A stretch of 64,000 nucleotides of DNA. It comes from Anthoceros angustus. Taxonomy: Eukaryota > Plantae > Anthocerotophyta. A program made the translations under genes and the position numbers. The number at the start of each line of letters is the position of its first letter. The first letter of the stretch is position 1. Positions 53,756 to 64,000 of this stretch are shown one piece after another. The DNA lies in contig VJWM01000221.1 in assembly GCA_010909165.1 (NCBI GenBank), positions 186,001-250,000 on the forward strand, given 5' to 3'. The notes below the pieces were generated by a model. That model saw only the letters and a list, made by a program, of their open reading frames with translations. It did no database searches and was not told the DNA's origin.

Positions 53756-56544
53756 TCTCAGACCCCGGAGCATGCAAGGAGATCTCCAACTGAGCAGAGT
53801 GCCCGACACACCAGCTAGTTAGCTTGAGAGAGAATGCACAGCAACAGTGCTATCTACGCACACAGGACGTCACACAAAACAATCTCATTCAACGAAGAAC
53901 CGCACCGATATGAGCATGTACACAGACAGCAATACACACAAGGCCTAGCAGATCACGACATACGGCAAAGCTTGTCCTCGGCACGACAGGGGCAGTCAAC
54001 AAGAGGCAGAACAAAAAATCCCGCGAAAGCAATAGACCTATCAATTCCCGACAAGTCATCTTGACAATGTCTGACAATGCGCCCTCACTTTCCATCGGGG
54101 TAACACTGACATGGATTTCACGACACAGCTCTTTCCTGACAGATTCCCAGGCCTTCCAGCTTCAGCGACAGACGACAGGCCTCAAATCAAACACAAGAAC
54201 GATCTAGCAATGAACAGAAAGAGCGCAAATCTGCAACCTCCCGGCTCCGTGAAAGCGCGCTGTTTTCAGAAATGCGAGCTTAATTAGGTCAGGAGCAGCT
54301 TCCTCCCAGACTGCTTTGCTCGCAGCCAGTGATCACCGCATGCTGCCATCACACGCCAAGCACGATTCATGAAACCACGCATGCATTTCCAGGAAGCTCA
54401 CCTGAGATCCTTCTTGCACGTTGAGGAATTTTCGTGTCCCTCGGCCAGCAATGGCAGGCTACTGTGTGACCGCTGCAAGGATTATTCCATTGCCATTTGT
54501 GGAAAACAGTAGCCACTATTCCTGACTGACCTCAAGGTTTCACCGCATGCAATTTCCGAGCTCAAGCCGCCATTGGTGCGCGCATGGAATGCCCTAAGGC
54601 CACGTGGCGGCACAAGCCCCTTCCTCCTGTCAGCCTGAGTCCTGGAATCACATACCCTGTCCGGCGGGAGGGCTTTTTAGCAGATTCATGGTCTGAAGGG
54701 TACCTTACACCTATGAGTCTACAAGTACATAAATGTAGAATCCGCTGCCTAGATGTGAGTGGAGAAAAGCATAGAGGACTTTTGGACCACGTACAGGAAC
54801 ATTGTATCTCATCCTACAAGGAGTTCTAATGTCAGGAAAACAAAAATGCTGCCCTTTTTCTTTCTTTCCACCAAATGATCTAACAAACATAGATTGGTGC
54901 ACTTTTATGGAAAAGGGGATAGACCAGATGTTAAAAATGGCATCCAGCTGCACTCCGGCTGTCATAATGTTGGCATATATTTATTATATCAATTTAATGA
55001 TAATATATTATAATAATATTTTTATAATAATTATGATATTTTATTTATTTTTGAGCATTTAATTAAATTACTGGAATATAATATCTTTAGGAAGACCTTC
55101 AAGAGTGAGAGTAAGACGGAGGAACTATAAGCGCTTATGACGTCGTGATAAGGGAAATGAAAGGACCTGCATATTAAAACCATTTAGTCAATTTTAATCA
55201 TCTACTAATTTATCTTGACATTTAAAAAGATCGAAACGTATAAATATGCAGAGATGGGAAGTTCCATCTACATCGGGGCAATGAGGAACAACCCTCTAGA
55301 GGGCCCAGGCCAAGGGGACTAGGCACCCCGAATATCTACTCTCAAGCTACCGCTCCCAATATGCCACAGATCTAGAAGTATGGATACTCGTTGTAAGAAG
55401 TATTTAAAAAGATTTAAAAATTGAAGTAATTTTGTCGGTGTTGATATTGGTACTCCATCAACTCCCTCAGCATAAACATGATGAGCAGGAAGTCAATTTG
55501 ATGCATAGGCTGGCAGAAAGTGCAAATTTTCATACATAAGGATTTTATTTCATCATCATGCAATATATCCATCATGCAATATATCCATCGTGTTATGGGA
55601 AAGGATTTACAAATGATGTGTCTTATAATGGAGTATGATGTACAGGACATACACAAAATTTGATCGCATGGGTTCCCGTCATGTGCTAAAACCTAAACAT
55701 AGCATTCCAATTGCAGGCGGGCCACCAATTTATTTCTCTCGCCCTTGAAATGCATCGGGCGATGGCTAAGGATTTTGATACATTTATCAAGTCCTGCGCC
55801 AATACTTATCATACCTGCAGGTCCCTTTCCTAGGCTTCGTTCATCCAGCAGGTCTCAATTCCCTTCAACATGCCCTTTCCACAGCGATCATCCACGGTGA
55901 CAACAAGTGATGCATCCTTCTCTTTCTATGTTTGTTTGTAGGTTGCTTACTCTTCCAGCGCAATTAGTGACTTCTAGTAGAAAGCTTAGCTGCTCCTTTT
56001 CACTACGACCCTCAGGTCTGCCTTGGTTATCCTGTGACGGGATGGGCTGTTCCCATCAAATTTTTTCCCAATTAAAAACTCTTAAGTAAAAAAAACAGTA
56101 TTGATATAAAATCCTTCGTTCCACCCCACATCCAAATTTCCCGATCTTGCAAGCAGAATTGGCGAACAACTAACTTCTGCTGCAGCTCTCCCGTGCGGAG
56201 CACACATCGGGAATTCATCGGGAATTATATTCCCGCTCGAAAGACAAACCTTGATGCTCCAATCCTTCCCTTCGGATTCACCATAACGCATTGCGGTGGG
56301 ACAATCTATCAAGCACCTGCTATGCATCTGCGGCTTCCGCACTTAGCATACATACTAACCGAGTGTTCCCAACAAAAGCATCCGATTACGAACCCTTGCC
56401 TCACAGTATCAGCAAGTAGCATGCCTGTCCTCTACCCAAGTCTTCTAGCCTGATGCTTATAAGTAAGCTGGCAGATGTGCAGCTGTTGGGTTGGGGAACT
56501 TCCCCTAGCACCCGCGCATAGCAGGAAAGAGCTACCCTGAAGTG

Positions 56545-59500
56545 ATGGCTCTCCGGGAAAACTTCGTTGGGACAAAAAACAAATGCAGCTCGCCTCCATG
56601 TCTTCCACACTTGACCTGTGAGCAGACAACAAGGTCACCCAAATCCTGTAAGACTCCAGTCCATGTTTGGCTGGATGAGCATGCACTGCCTTCAGCAAGG
56701 GTTCTTTGTGCATTCCAGCAACAGGAGCTTGTAGGTACGGATGGAAGGGATATGGCCACCGTCTTTCAAGCTCCCAACCACCGGGTTCAGGTGAGGAGGG
56801 CTGTCAGTTCTAAAGAACGGGGTCGGGCTGCTGCTCCCAGAGGCGCTTTGCAAGATGGTAGCAGATTGGGTGACGAGCATGCCTGGATGGCACCAATCTC
56901 GCAGCATACAAAGTCTGGGCAAAAGAGGAAGGCCACGAAACTGTATGAAGGGATGCGGAAGGATGGCGTGAAAATGACGCCACATGCTTTTGTGGCTCTG
57001 TTGCAAGCATGCAATGGCTTGCAGGATTTGAGCATCGCTAAGCAAATTCATGCTGATGTAGTAAGAAATGGATTTGAGAACGATTTGTATGTGGGCACCA
57101 TGCTTGTGAATGCGTACGGCAAATGTGGGAGCCTGGAGAATGCTCGGCAGGTGTTTGAGAGACTGCCTCATCGTGATGTAGTTTCCTGGACTGCCATGAT
57201 CTTGGGGTATGCCCAGAAGGAGAAGGGTGAAGAGGCCCTGCAGTTGTATGGACGAATGCAACAGGAAGGAGTGGTGCCGAATGACCGCACGTATGTTGGT
57301 GTGCTGAAGGCATGTAGTACCATTATGGAGGTGCGGGAGAGACATGGTGGTGATGCCATGCTTGTGAGATCACAGTGTCTGCAAACCGTGAGAGCCGTCC
57401 ATGCAGATGCTAGGAAGAGAAAGCTCGAGTTAAACGTGTTTGTAGGGAATAAGCTAGTGGATGCATATTCAAAATGTGGGAGCCTGGTGGATGCTAGACG
57501 GGTGTTTGACAACATGCCTGTACACACTGTGGTTTCCTGGAGTGCCATGATCTTGGGGTACGCCCAGATGGAGATGGGCGAAGAGGCTTTGCAATTGTAT
57601 ACACGGATGCTACAGGAGGGCTTCGTCCCGAACGACCGAACATATGTTGGTGCACTTAAGGCTTGCAGTTCCCTTGCAGAACGTGTGGTCATGAATGGTG
57701 TTCATAGCAAGCGTTCTAGGAAACAATGCTTGGAAACTGTGAGGACTATTCATGCAGATGCTCAGAAGGAGAAGTTCGACTCAAACATGTTTGTTGGGAA
57801 TATGCTCGTGGATGCCTATGCAAATGTGGAGCCTGGAGGATGCTCGACAGGTGTTCGACAAAATGACTCACCGTGATACAATTTCATGGAATTCGATCAT
57901 CCTAGGGTACTCCCAGATGGAAAGGGGGGAAGAAGCTTTACAGTTGTACTCGCAGATGAGACAAGAAGGTGTGGTACCAAATGACCGAACATATGTTGCT
58001 GCACTTAAGGCTTGCAGTACTACTGCAGAGTTAGGAGATTTGGATGGCGGTGATGGATTAGCCATGAAGAAGCAATGCCTGAAACTGTGACAGCCATCCA
58101 TGCAGACGTCACGAGAGGAAAGTTTGAGTTGGATATATTTGTTGGCACAATGCTTGTGGATGCGTATGCTAAATGTGGAGCCTGGTGGATGCTAGACGGG
58201 TGTTTGACAACATGCCTGTACACACTGTGGTTTCCTGGAGTGCCATGATCTTGGGGTACGCCCAGATGGAGATGGGCGAAGAGGCTTTGCAATTGTATAC
58301 ACGGATGCTACAGGAGGGCTTCGTCCCGAACGACCGAACATATGTTGGTGCACTTAAGGCTTGCAGTTCCCTTGCAGAACGTGTGGTCATGAATGGTGTT
58401 CATAGCAAGCGTTCTAGGAAACAATGCTTGGAAACTGTGAGGACTATTCATGCAGATGCTCAGAAGGAGAAGTTCGACTCAAACATGTTTGTTGGGAATA
58501 TGCTCGTGGATGCCTATGCAAAATGTGGGAGCCTGGAGGATGCTCGACAGGTGTTCGACAAAATGACTCACCGTGATACAATTTCATGGAATTCGATCAT
58601 CCTAGGGTACTCCCAGATGGAAAGGGGGGAAGAAGCTTTACAGTTGTACTCGCAGATGAGACAAGAAGGTGTGGTACCAAATGACCGAACATATGTTGCT
58701 GCACTTAAGGCTTGCAGTACTACTGCAGAGTTAGGAGATTTGGATGGCGGTGATGGATTAGCCATGAAGAAGCAATGCCTGGAAACTGTGACAGCCATCC
58801 ATGCAGACGTCACGAGAGGAAAGTTTGAGTTGGATATATTTGTTGGCACAATGCTTGTGGATGCGTATGCTAAATGTGGGAGCTTGGAGAATGCCAGGCA
58901 GGTGTTTGAGGAAATGCCTCGACGTGATGTGGTTTCTTGGACTGCCATGATCTTGGGGTACGCCCAGCTGGATAAGGGTGAAGAGGCCTTGCACTTATAT
59001 ACACGGATGCAAAAAGAAGGGGTGGCACCAAATGATCGAACATATGTTGGTGCACTCAATGCTTGTGGTAGTGTGGCTGGATTGGAGAGGGGGAAGGAGA
59101 TCCATGAGCAGATGTTAAAAGCTGGCCTGGAGCTGGACTCCTACATGCTCAATAGTCTGATTGACATGTATGGGAAATGTTCCAGCATGGTGGATGCGCA
59201 AAAAGTGTTTGACGCAATTCCAAGTAGAGATGTCGTTGCATGGAATGCATTGATCTCTGGATATGCCCGTCAAGGAGAGAGTGATATTGTGTTCAACTTG
59301 TTTAGAAGGTTACAGGAGGAAGGCGTACAGGCAAACGACATAACATTACTGGCTGTTCTCAATGTCTGCAGTCATGTTGGTCTAGTGCTCAGAGCCCAGA
59401 AGTATTTCGAAGCTATGAAAAGCGAGTACGACATCACTCCAACAATCCAACACTACAATTGTATGGTCGACCTTCTTGGCCGTGCCGGCCGAGTCGATGA

Positions 59501-59948
59501 GGCAATGGAAATGGTGAAGAGGATGCCTTTCGAGCCTGACACTACTCTCTGGAAAAGTGTGTTAGGAGCTTGCCAAAAGTGGGGAAATGTTGAGATTGGG
59601 AAACAGGCATTTGAATGTGCAGTGAGAGTCGATAAATTTGATCCTGCACCATATGTATTGATGTCAAACATCTACACTGCTGCTCACATGCCAGATGAGG
59701 CACAAAAGATTCATGGAGCGAGACTGAAATCGCGAGTATGGAAGGAACCAGGACGGAGCTGGTGGGTGGACTTGAGCGGAACAACGCATGTATTTGTGGT
59801 GGGGGATCGAGAACATCCTGACACCCAAGATGTTTACGCAAAGTTGGGGGATCTGATGGCTTGTCTGAAGACAGAAGGATATGTATGTCACCTTGACCCT
59901 CTGGTGCAAGGGATGCAAGAGGAGGAGATGGAGGAAGCTGTGCGATGA
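56545..59948 (+). CDS. PLS-class PPR protein C with long L motifs, E1-E2 and a truncated DYW:WW (E+ type)
   Basis: P/L/S motifs, then KEPGRSWWVD...HVFVVGDREHP, with a stop just before the HxE motif. Four single-base homopolymer deletions at about 57822-58178 lie inside a 702-bp duplication. Confidence 0.85.
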
Positions 59949-60394
59949 TTCAATGAGAAGGTGGGTAGTGCCTTTGCAGCTAGCCCCAAGGACATCAGAT
60001 GTGTGGTGGCTCGTTAAAACCTTCGCTGTATACAGTCTTACATGTAAGATCTTTCGCCCATGTCGCGTGTTGGTCCTGCATTTGTGAACACCTGCAAATC
60101 TACCGTTGGTTCTGATTTCAAGGTTTCTGGCACTTACAGTCCGCAGAGCAGCCGGAGCCGGCGGACCTGGATGATCCTGCCAGCGTTGCCGCTGTCTCTC
60201 TCTGCAGGGCCTCCTCTGAATGGTGAATCAAACAGTCACAGTTTCTGTACTTCGAAAGTGATGCCTGTTTGCTTGTTTACATTTCTTCTGTTTTCACAGA
60301 TTGAATTCACGTACAGTTTGTCCTGAAGACATGGCAACTCGCTTCTTCTGGAGGGAACACGGGTACTTGTCAAGGTCTGTCCGCCGATGCTGAA

Positions 60395-60600
60395 TGAGGT
60401 CGTACAAAACCAAGCTCGTCGCAGCCCGGCCAGCACTGAGGAAGGGAAGTGCTGCCTTGGACAGGGACGAGCGGCGGGGCTTGGATTTGTTCACAGTAAT
60501 GCCCTCTTTCTGCTTGGCTTTGCCTTGCCTTGCCTTGCCTTGCCTTAATGTAGGATTAGATTGTGGATCTAACCTCTTGGATGGACAGTTTCATCGCAGT
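60395..60600 (+). pseudogene. Partial duplicate of exon 1/intron 1 of the downstream 2OG-Fe(II) oxygenase
   Basis: 60411-60600 aligns with 61061-61247, including the (CCTTG)n intron microsatellite. Confidence 0.8.
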
Positions 60601-61014
60601 ACCTTTCCATCTTCTTCAACATCTCGAAGTAGCTGCAAAACCTGCTCCACCAATCCGGTCCCCTCAGTTCATCAATTTGGCCGCAACAGGCACAGCCGTC
60701 GGTCTGCTTCCCCTGCCAATTGGTAACCCAACAATTCACAACTCCGAGATGTATCCAAGACCATCTGCCACAGGGCTGGCTTAGATCTGGAAGGTGGAAA
60801 CAGAAACTAATCGGTCATCTCACAAAGTAAAGCAAAAGACGTGAAGACTAGCTTGGTCCTCCTTGGTTCCTCGCAGATTAGGTCTGCGGTACTTCACCTT
60901 CCCTCAACGCTTACACCTTGACGAGATGGCAAGCTTCTCTGGATCTCTGGGTCTCTTTTAGATTCCTGTCAGTAGATCGGGGTCGTACACACCGCATTCC
61001 AGAGCAGAGGCTCG

Positions 61015-61976
61015 ATGTCGAGGCAGGGTAAGGCTCAGGCAGGAGAGGCGGAAGTAGAGGCAAGCACGTCGCAGCCCTGGCCAGCTCTGAGGAAGGGAAA
61101 TGCTGCCTTGCGCAGGAACGAGTTGCGGGGCTTGGATTTGTTCACTGTAATACCCTCTTTCTGCTTTGCCTTGCCTTGCCTTGCCTTGCCTTGATGTAGA
61201 ATTGGATTGTGGATCTGACCTCTTGGCTCGAGCTTTTCATCGCAGTAACGGAATTGAGAGCATTCCTGTATTGCAGGTCCCCATGTTCCTGTCCACGAAG
61301 GAGTGTGAAGGCTTTGTGGAGTGTGCCGAGACACTTGGGTTTGAGCTTCAGGGCAGCGGGGGGCCTGCCAGAGGAGAGGCCTTCAGAGACAACGGCCGTG
61401 TGTCTCTGCAGAGTCCTATATTGGCAGAGAGGATCTGGGAAGCTGGGCTGGCATCCATGTTTGAGGACATAAGAGTGAGAGGCAGGAGAGCGGTGGGTCT
61501 GAACCCCAACATCCGGTTCTACAGGTGAGTGCGAGGTGGTGTTTGTGCCGTGGCCTGCGGGCTGCTGCTGCTGCATCCTGAAGCCACGCCATGCAGATAT
61601 GTGGCAGGTCAGAGGTTCGGGAAGCACGTTGATGAGAGTGTGGCACTTGGTGGAGGACGTGCTACGGAGTACACTCTTCTGGTATACCTGTCAGGAGGGG
61701 AATCGAAGTCCAGAAAGGATGCATTGGTTGGAGGGGAGACAGTTTTCTATGACAGGAGACGCGTGGTTGCGGAGGTGAGTGATAGCCATCATCTTGCATG
61801 CTTCTGTGCTGTTTGTGGAACAGGGCTGCTGAGGGCTGGAGAGTTTTCTGCAGGTGGCTCCAGAGGCCGGCATGGCTCTGTTCCACCTCCATGGAGCCAA
61901 GTGTATGTTGCACGAAGCGAAGGTTGTTTCCAGAGGTGCGAAGTACGTGTTGCGTTCTGATGTAGTTTTTCACTAG
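61015..61976 (+). CDS. 2-oxoglutarate/Fe(II)-dependent oxygenase, prolyl-4-hydroxylase-like (At5g51880-like)
   Basis: 4 exons carrying GPARGEAFRDNGR, GLNPNIRFYRY, the HxD motif FGKHVDES, LVGGETVFY, the distal His CMLHE and KYVLRSDVVF. Confidence 0.9.
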
Positions 61977-62749
61977 GCCTGCTCTCAAGTCTTGTAGTGA
62001 AAGAACGTCAGCGAGTCACACATCTCTTGCAACCCCGGCTTCGGACACTAGGCGGGATTCCGCCCAGGGCAGGGCATTTGCACCTCCTTCAGCTGAGCAA
62101 CAAACCAATATGAAGTAACCTCCGTTGTCTACAGCACTCTCATGTGCACCTCGTTTCAAAGCAACCAAAGAAATGAGAAGACCTGCACTGCCCACATCAC
62201 TCCTGGAACTCTCTGACTCCTCACTTCTACGCTTTACCATACCAATGACTTGCTGCCTTGTGTGATACAAAGTCTTGGGGAAGCACGTCTTTCTCAAGCT
62301 GTCCTGACCACAACGCTCCTCAGACCACTGGTGGCATTGGCTGTGCCCGGAAAGAATCTGTCTTTGACTCCTCGTTACAGACTCCGATTGCGCTTGGGCC
62401 TAGGGTCTTTTAAGTGGAGAGCTTATGCAAGGAGGCCTTGTTTGCTTTCTTCCACATGGATTAGCAGGGGAGGAGAAATTTTTACTACCCAATAACTCTG
62501 CTCAATCAAGTTAGATGCGGCAAGCGGCGACAATGCCTGAGACGTTGCTAGCACCTAAGTAGCTACAAAGCTTTGAACACGTCCATCAAAGGAAGCTGAC
62601 AAACTGAATTAGGACTAAAGAAGGGAGGCCGACAACCTGAATAGGACTCAAGAAGAGGGCAAGTATTAAAAGGGATATATATTATTGAGGGAAAAAATGA
62701 TGGACAAAAACTCATCCAACAAGGACAATCAAAAGGTGTGACTAAGTTC

Positions 62750-63390
62750 CTTACTTAAAGTTATCTACTACTCCGAACTCTTTACCTAAAGTTATCTACT
62801 GTTCCCAAAACATCATATAGAGGAAGAACAAATGATAGAACATCATTTGCAGGAAAAACAAACGGCAAGAACATCATTTGCAGGAAGAATAAATGGCAGA
62901 ACATCATATGTAGGAAGAACAAATGGTCTACAAACTATGAAGTGCAAACTAAGAAGGAAGAACATCATATGCAGGAAGAACGAATGGTATGTTTAAGTGA
63001 AAAGGAGCAACTAAGCTCTTTCCCTAACATTACTTATTGCTCCGAGAACATCATATGGGGGAACAACAAATGGCTTGCACTACAGAGGAAGAGGAGGAAG
63101 AACAAATGGTCTGTATAAGTGAAAAGGAACAACTAAGCTCCTTACCTAACATTAACTATTGCTCCGAGAACATCATATGGGGGAACAACAATTGGTTTGC
63201 AAACTACAGAGGAAGAGGAACAATAAATGGTCTGTTTAAGTGAAAAGGAGCAACTAAGCTCCTTACCAGAGCATAAAAGGGCAAATATCAATAGTAGACT
63301 AGTGCGATGGTCTGTTTAAGTGAAAAGGAGCAACTAAGCTCCTTACCAGAGCATAAGAGGGCAAATATCAATAGTAGACTAGTGCATGCA
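62750..63390. repeat. A-rich nested direct repeats (AGAACATCAT.TG.AGGAAGAACAAATGG units, plus an about 80-bp duplication at about 63228-63386)
   Basis: Recurring segments are directly visible. Confidence 0.7.
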
Positions 63391-64000
63391 TAGGATGGAC
63401 TTTCCCACCAATTTTTCCCCCTCAATAAAATCCTCTCCTTCTAGTGCACTGACATCCCAGTATGATATCACATATATCATTCGAGAAAGCCCCAAACACT
63501 CGTACCAGGATCGAATCTACCCAGGGCAAGGTGGAAGCCAATCAAATGAGAATCACTTGACGAAGATGACAGAACAAGACGAAGATCTGTACCTGTTAGC
63601 CACCTCAAGACATGCCAAAGACTGAACACCACATTTACGGTGGATTCAGGGACGTCAGACACATGGAGTACAGTACATGGCGCATATTCGTCACCTACCC
63701 CTCAATCAAAGGCAGCCCTGAGAAGGTGTACGATGGAAAGATTCACAACGTCGCCCGCCAAGCTCAGGGCTCGATGACTTGCTTCCACTCCGTGTTTTGG
63801 CCGTTTCCTTTTGAAAGCCAGCTACCCACAGGCTGTATACCATGGGAAGGCTTGAATTCAACTGGAAATGCAATTTGGGTTGGGGGGCTGCCAGTGGTTG
63901 CTGCTGGCAGTGTTGGGGGTGTTAATGTTCTCAGCTCCGCCGCAGACTTGCCAGCCAGTCTTGCAATCAAGGGGAAACGTACTTGAATCAAAATGTATTT

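Noticed and set aside
63386-63991. Short ORFs at the right edge (124 aa plus strand, 75 aa minus strand)
   Set aside because: There is no recognisable domain or supported exon structure within the window.

Overview
Compact, intron-containing plant nuclear DNA with short GT-AG introns (about 80-200 bp) and some genes only about 300 bp apart. The most likely source is a hornwort (Anthoceros-like), inferred from GRP-ending DYW:KP PPR genes, a WW-type PPR and a bryophyte-type delta-6 elongase. Housekeeping genes: a Ser/Pro-rich conserved plant protein (RKSLAW / GPFDCTK family), an AFG2/CIP111-like AAA ATPase, an ACR9/10-like ACT protein, a ferric reductase (FRO), U11/U12-35K, kinesin-13, an ELO elongase and a 2OG-Fe(II) oxygenase. 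The accessory part holds three PLS-class PPR RNA-editing genes. Two are DYW:KP (U-to-C type) paralogs that carry N-terminal OSB-type PDF single-stranded-DNA-binding motifs, two copies in one gene and one in the other. This PDF-PPR-DYW:KP architecture is the most notable observation. The third PPR has 51-aa L motifs and a DYW:WW domain cut by a stop codon, with a fossil catalytic remnant still visible behind it. Also present: a microhomology-joined FRO/PPR patchwork, two CRE-like RLE non-LTR retrotransposon relics, a minisatellite-bearing repeat family and a near-perfect 88-nt hairpin. Frameshifts in the PPR arrays are mostly homopolymer deletions confined to repeated DNA, so they are probably assembly errors. 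Family assignments come from motif recognition, not database searches.
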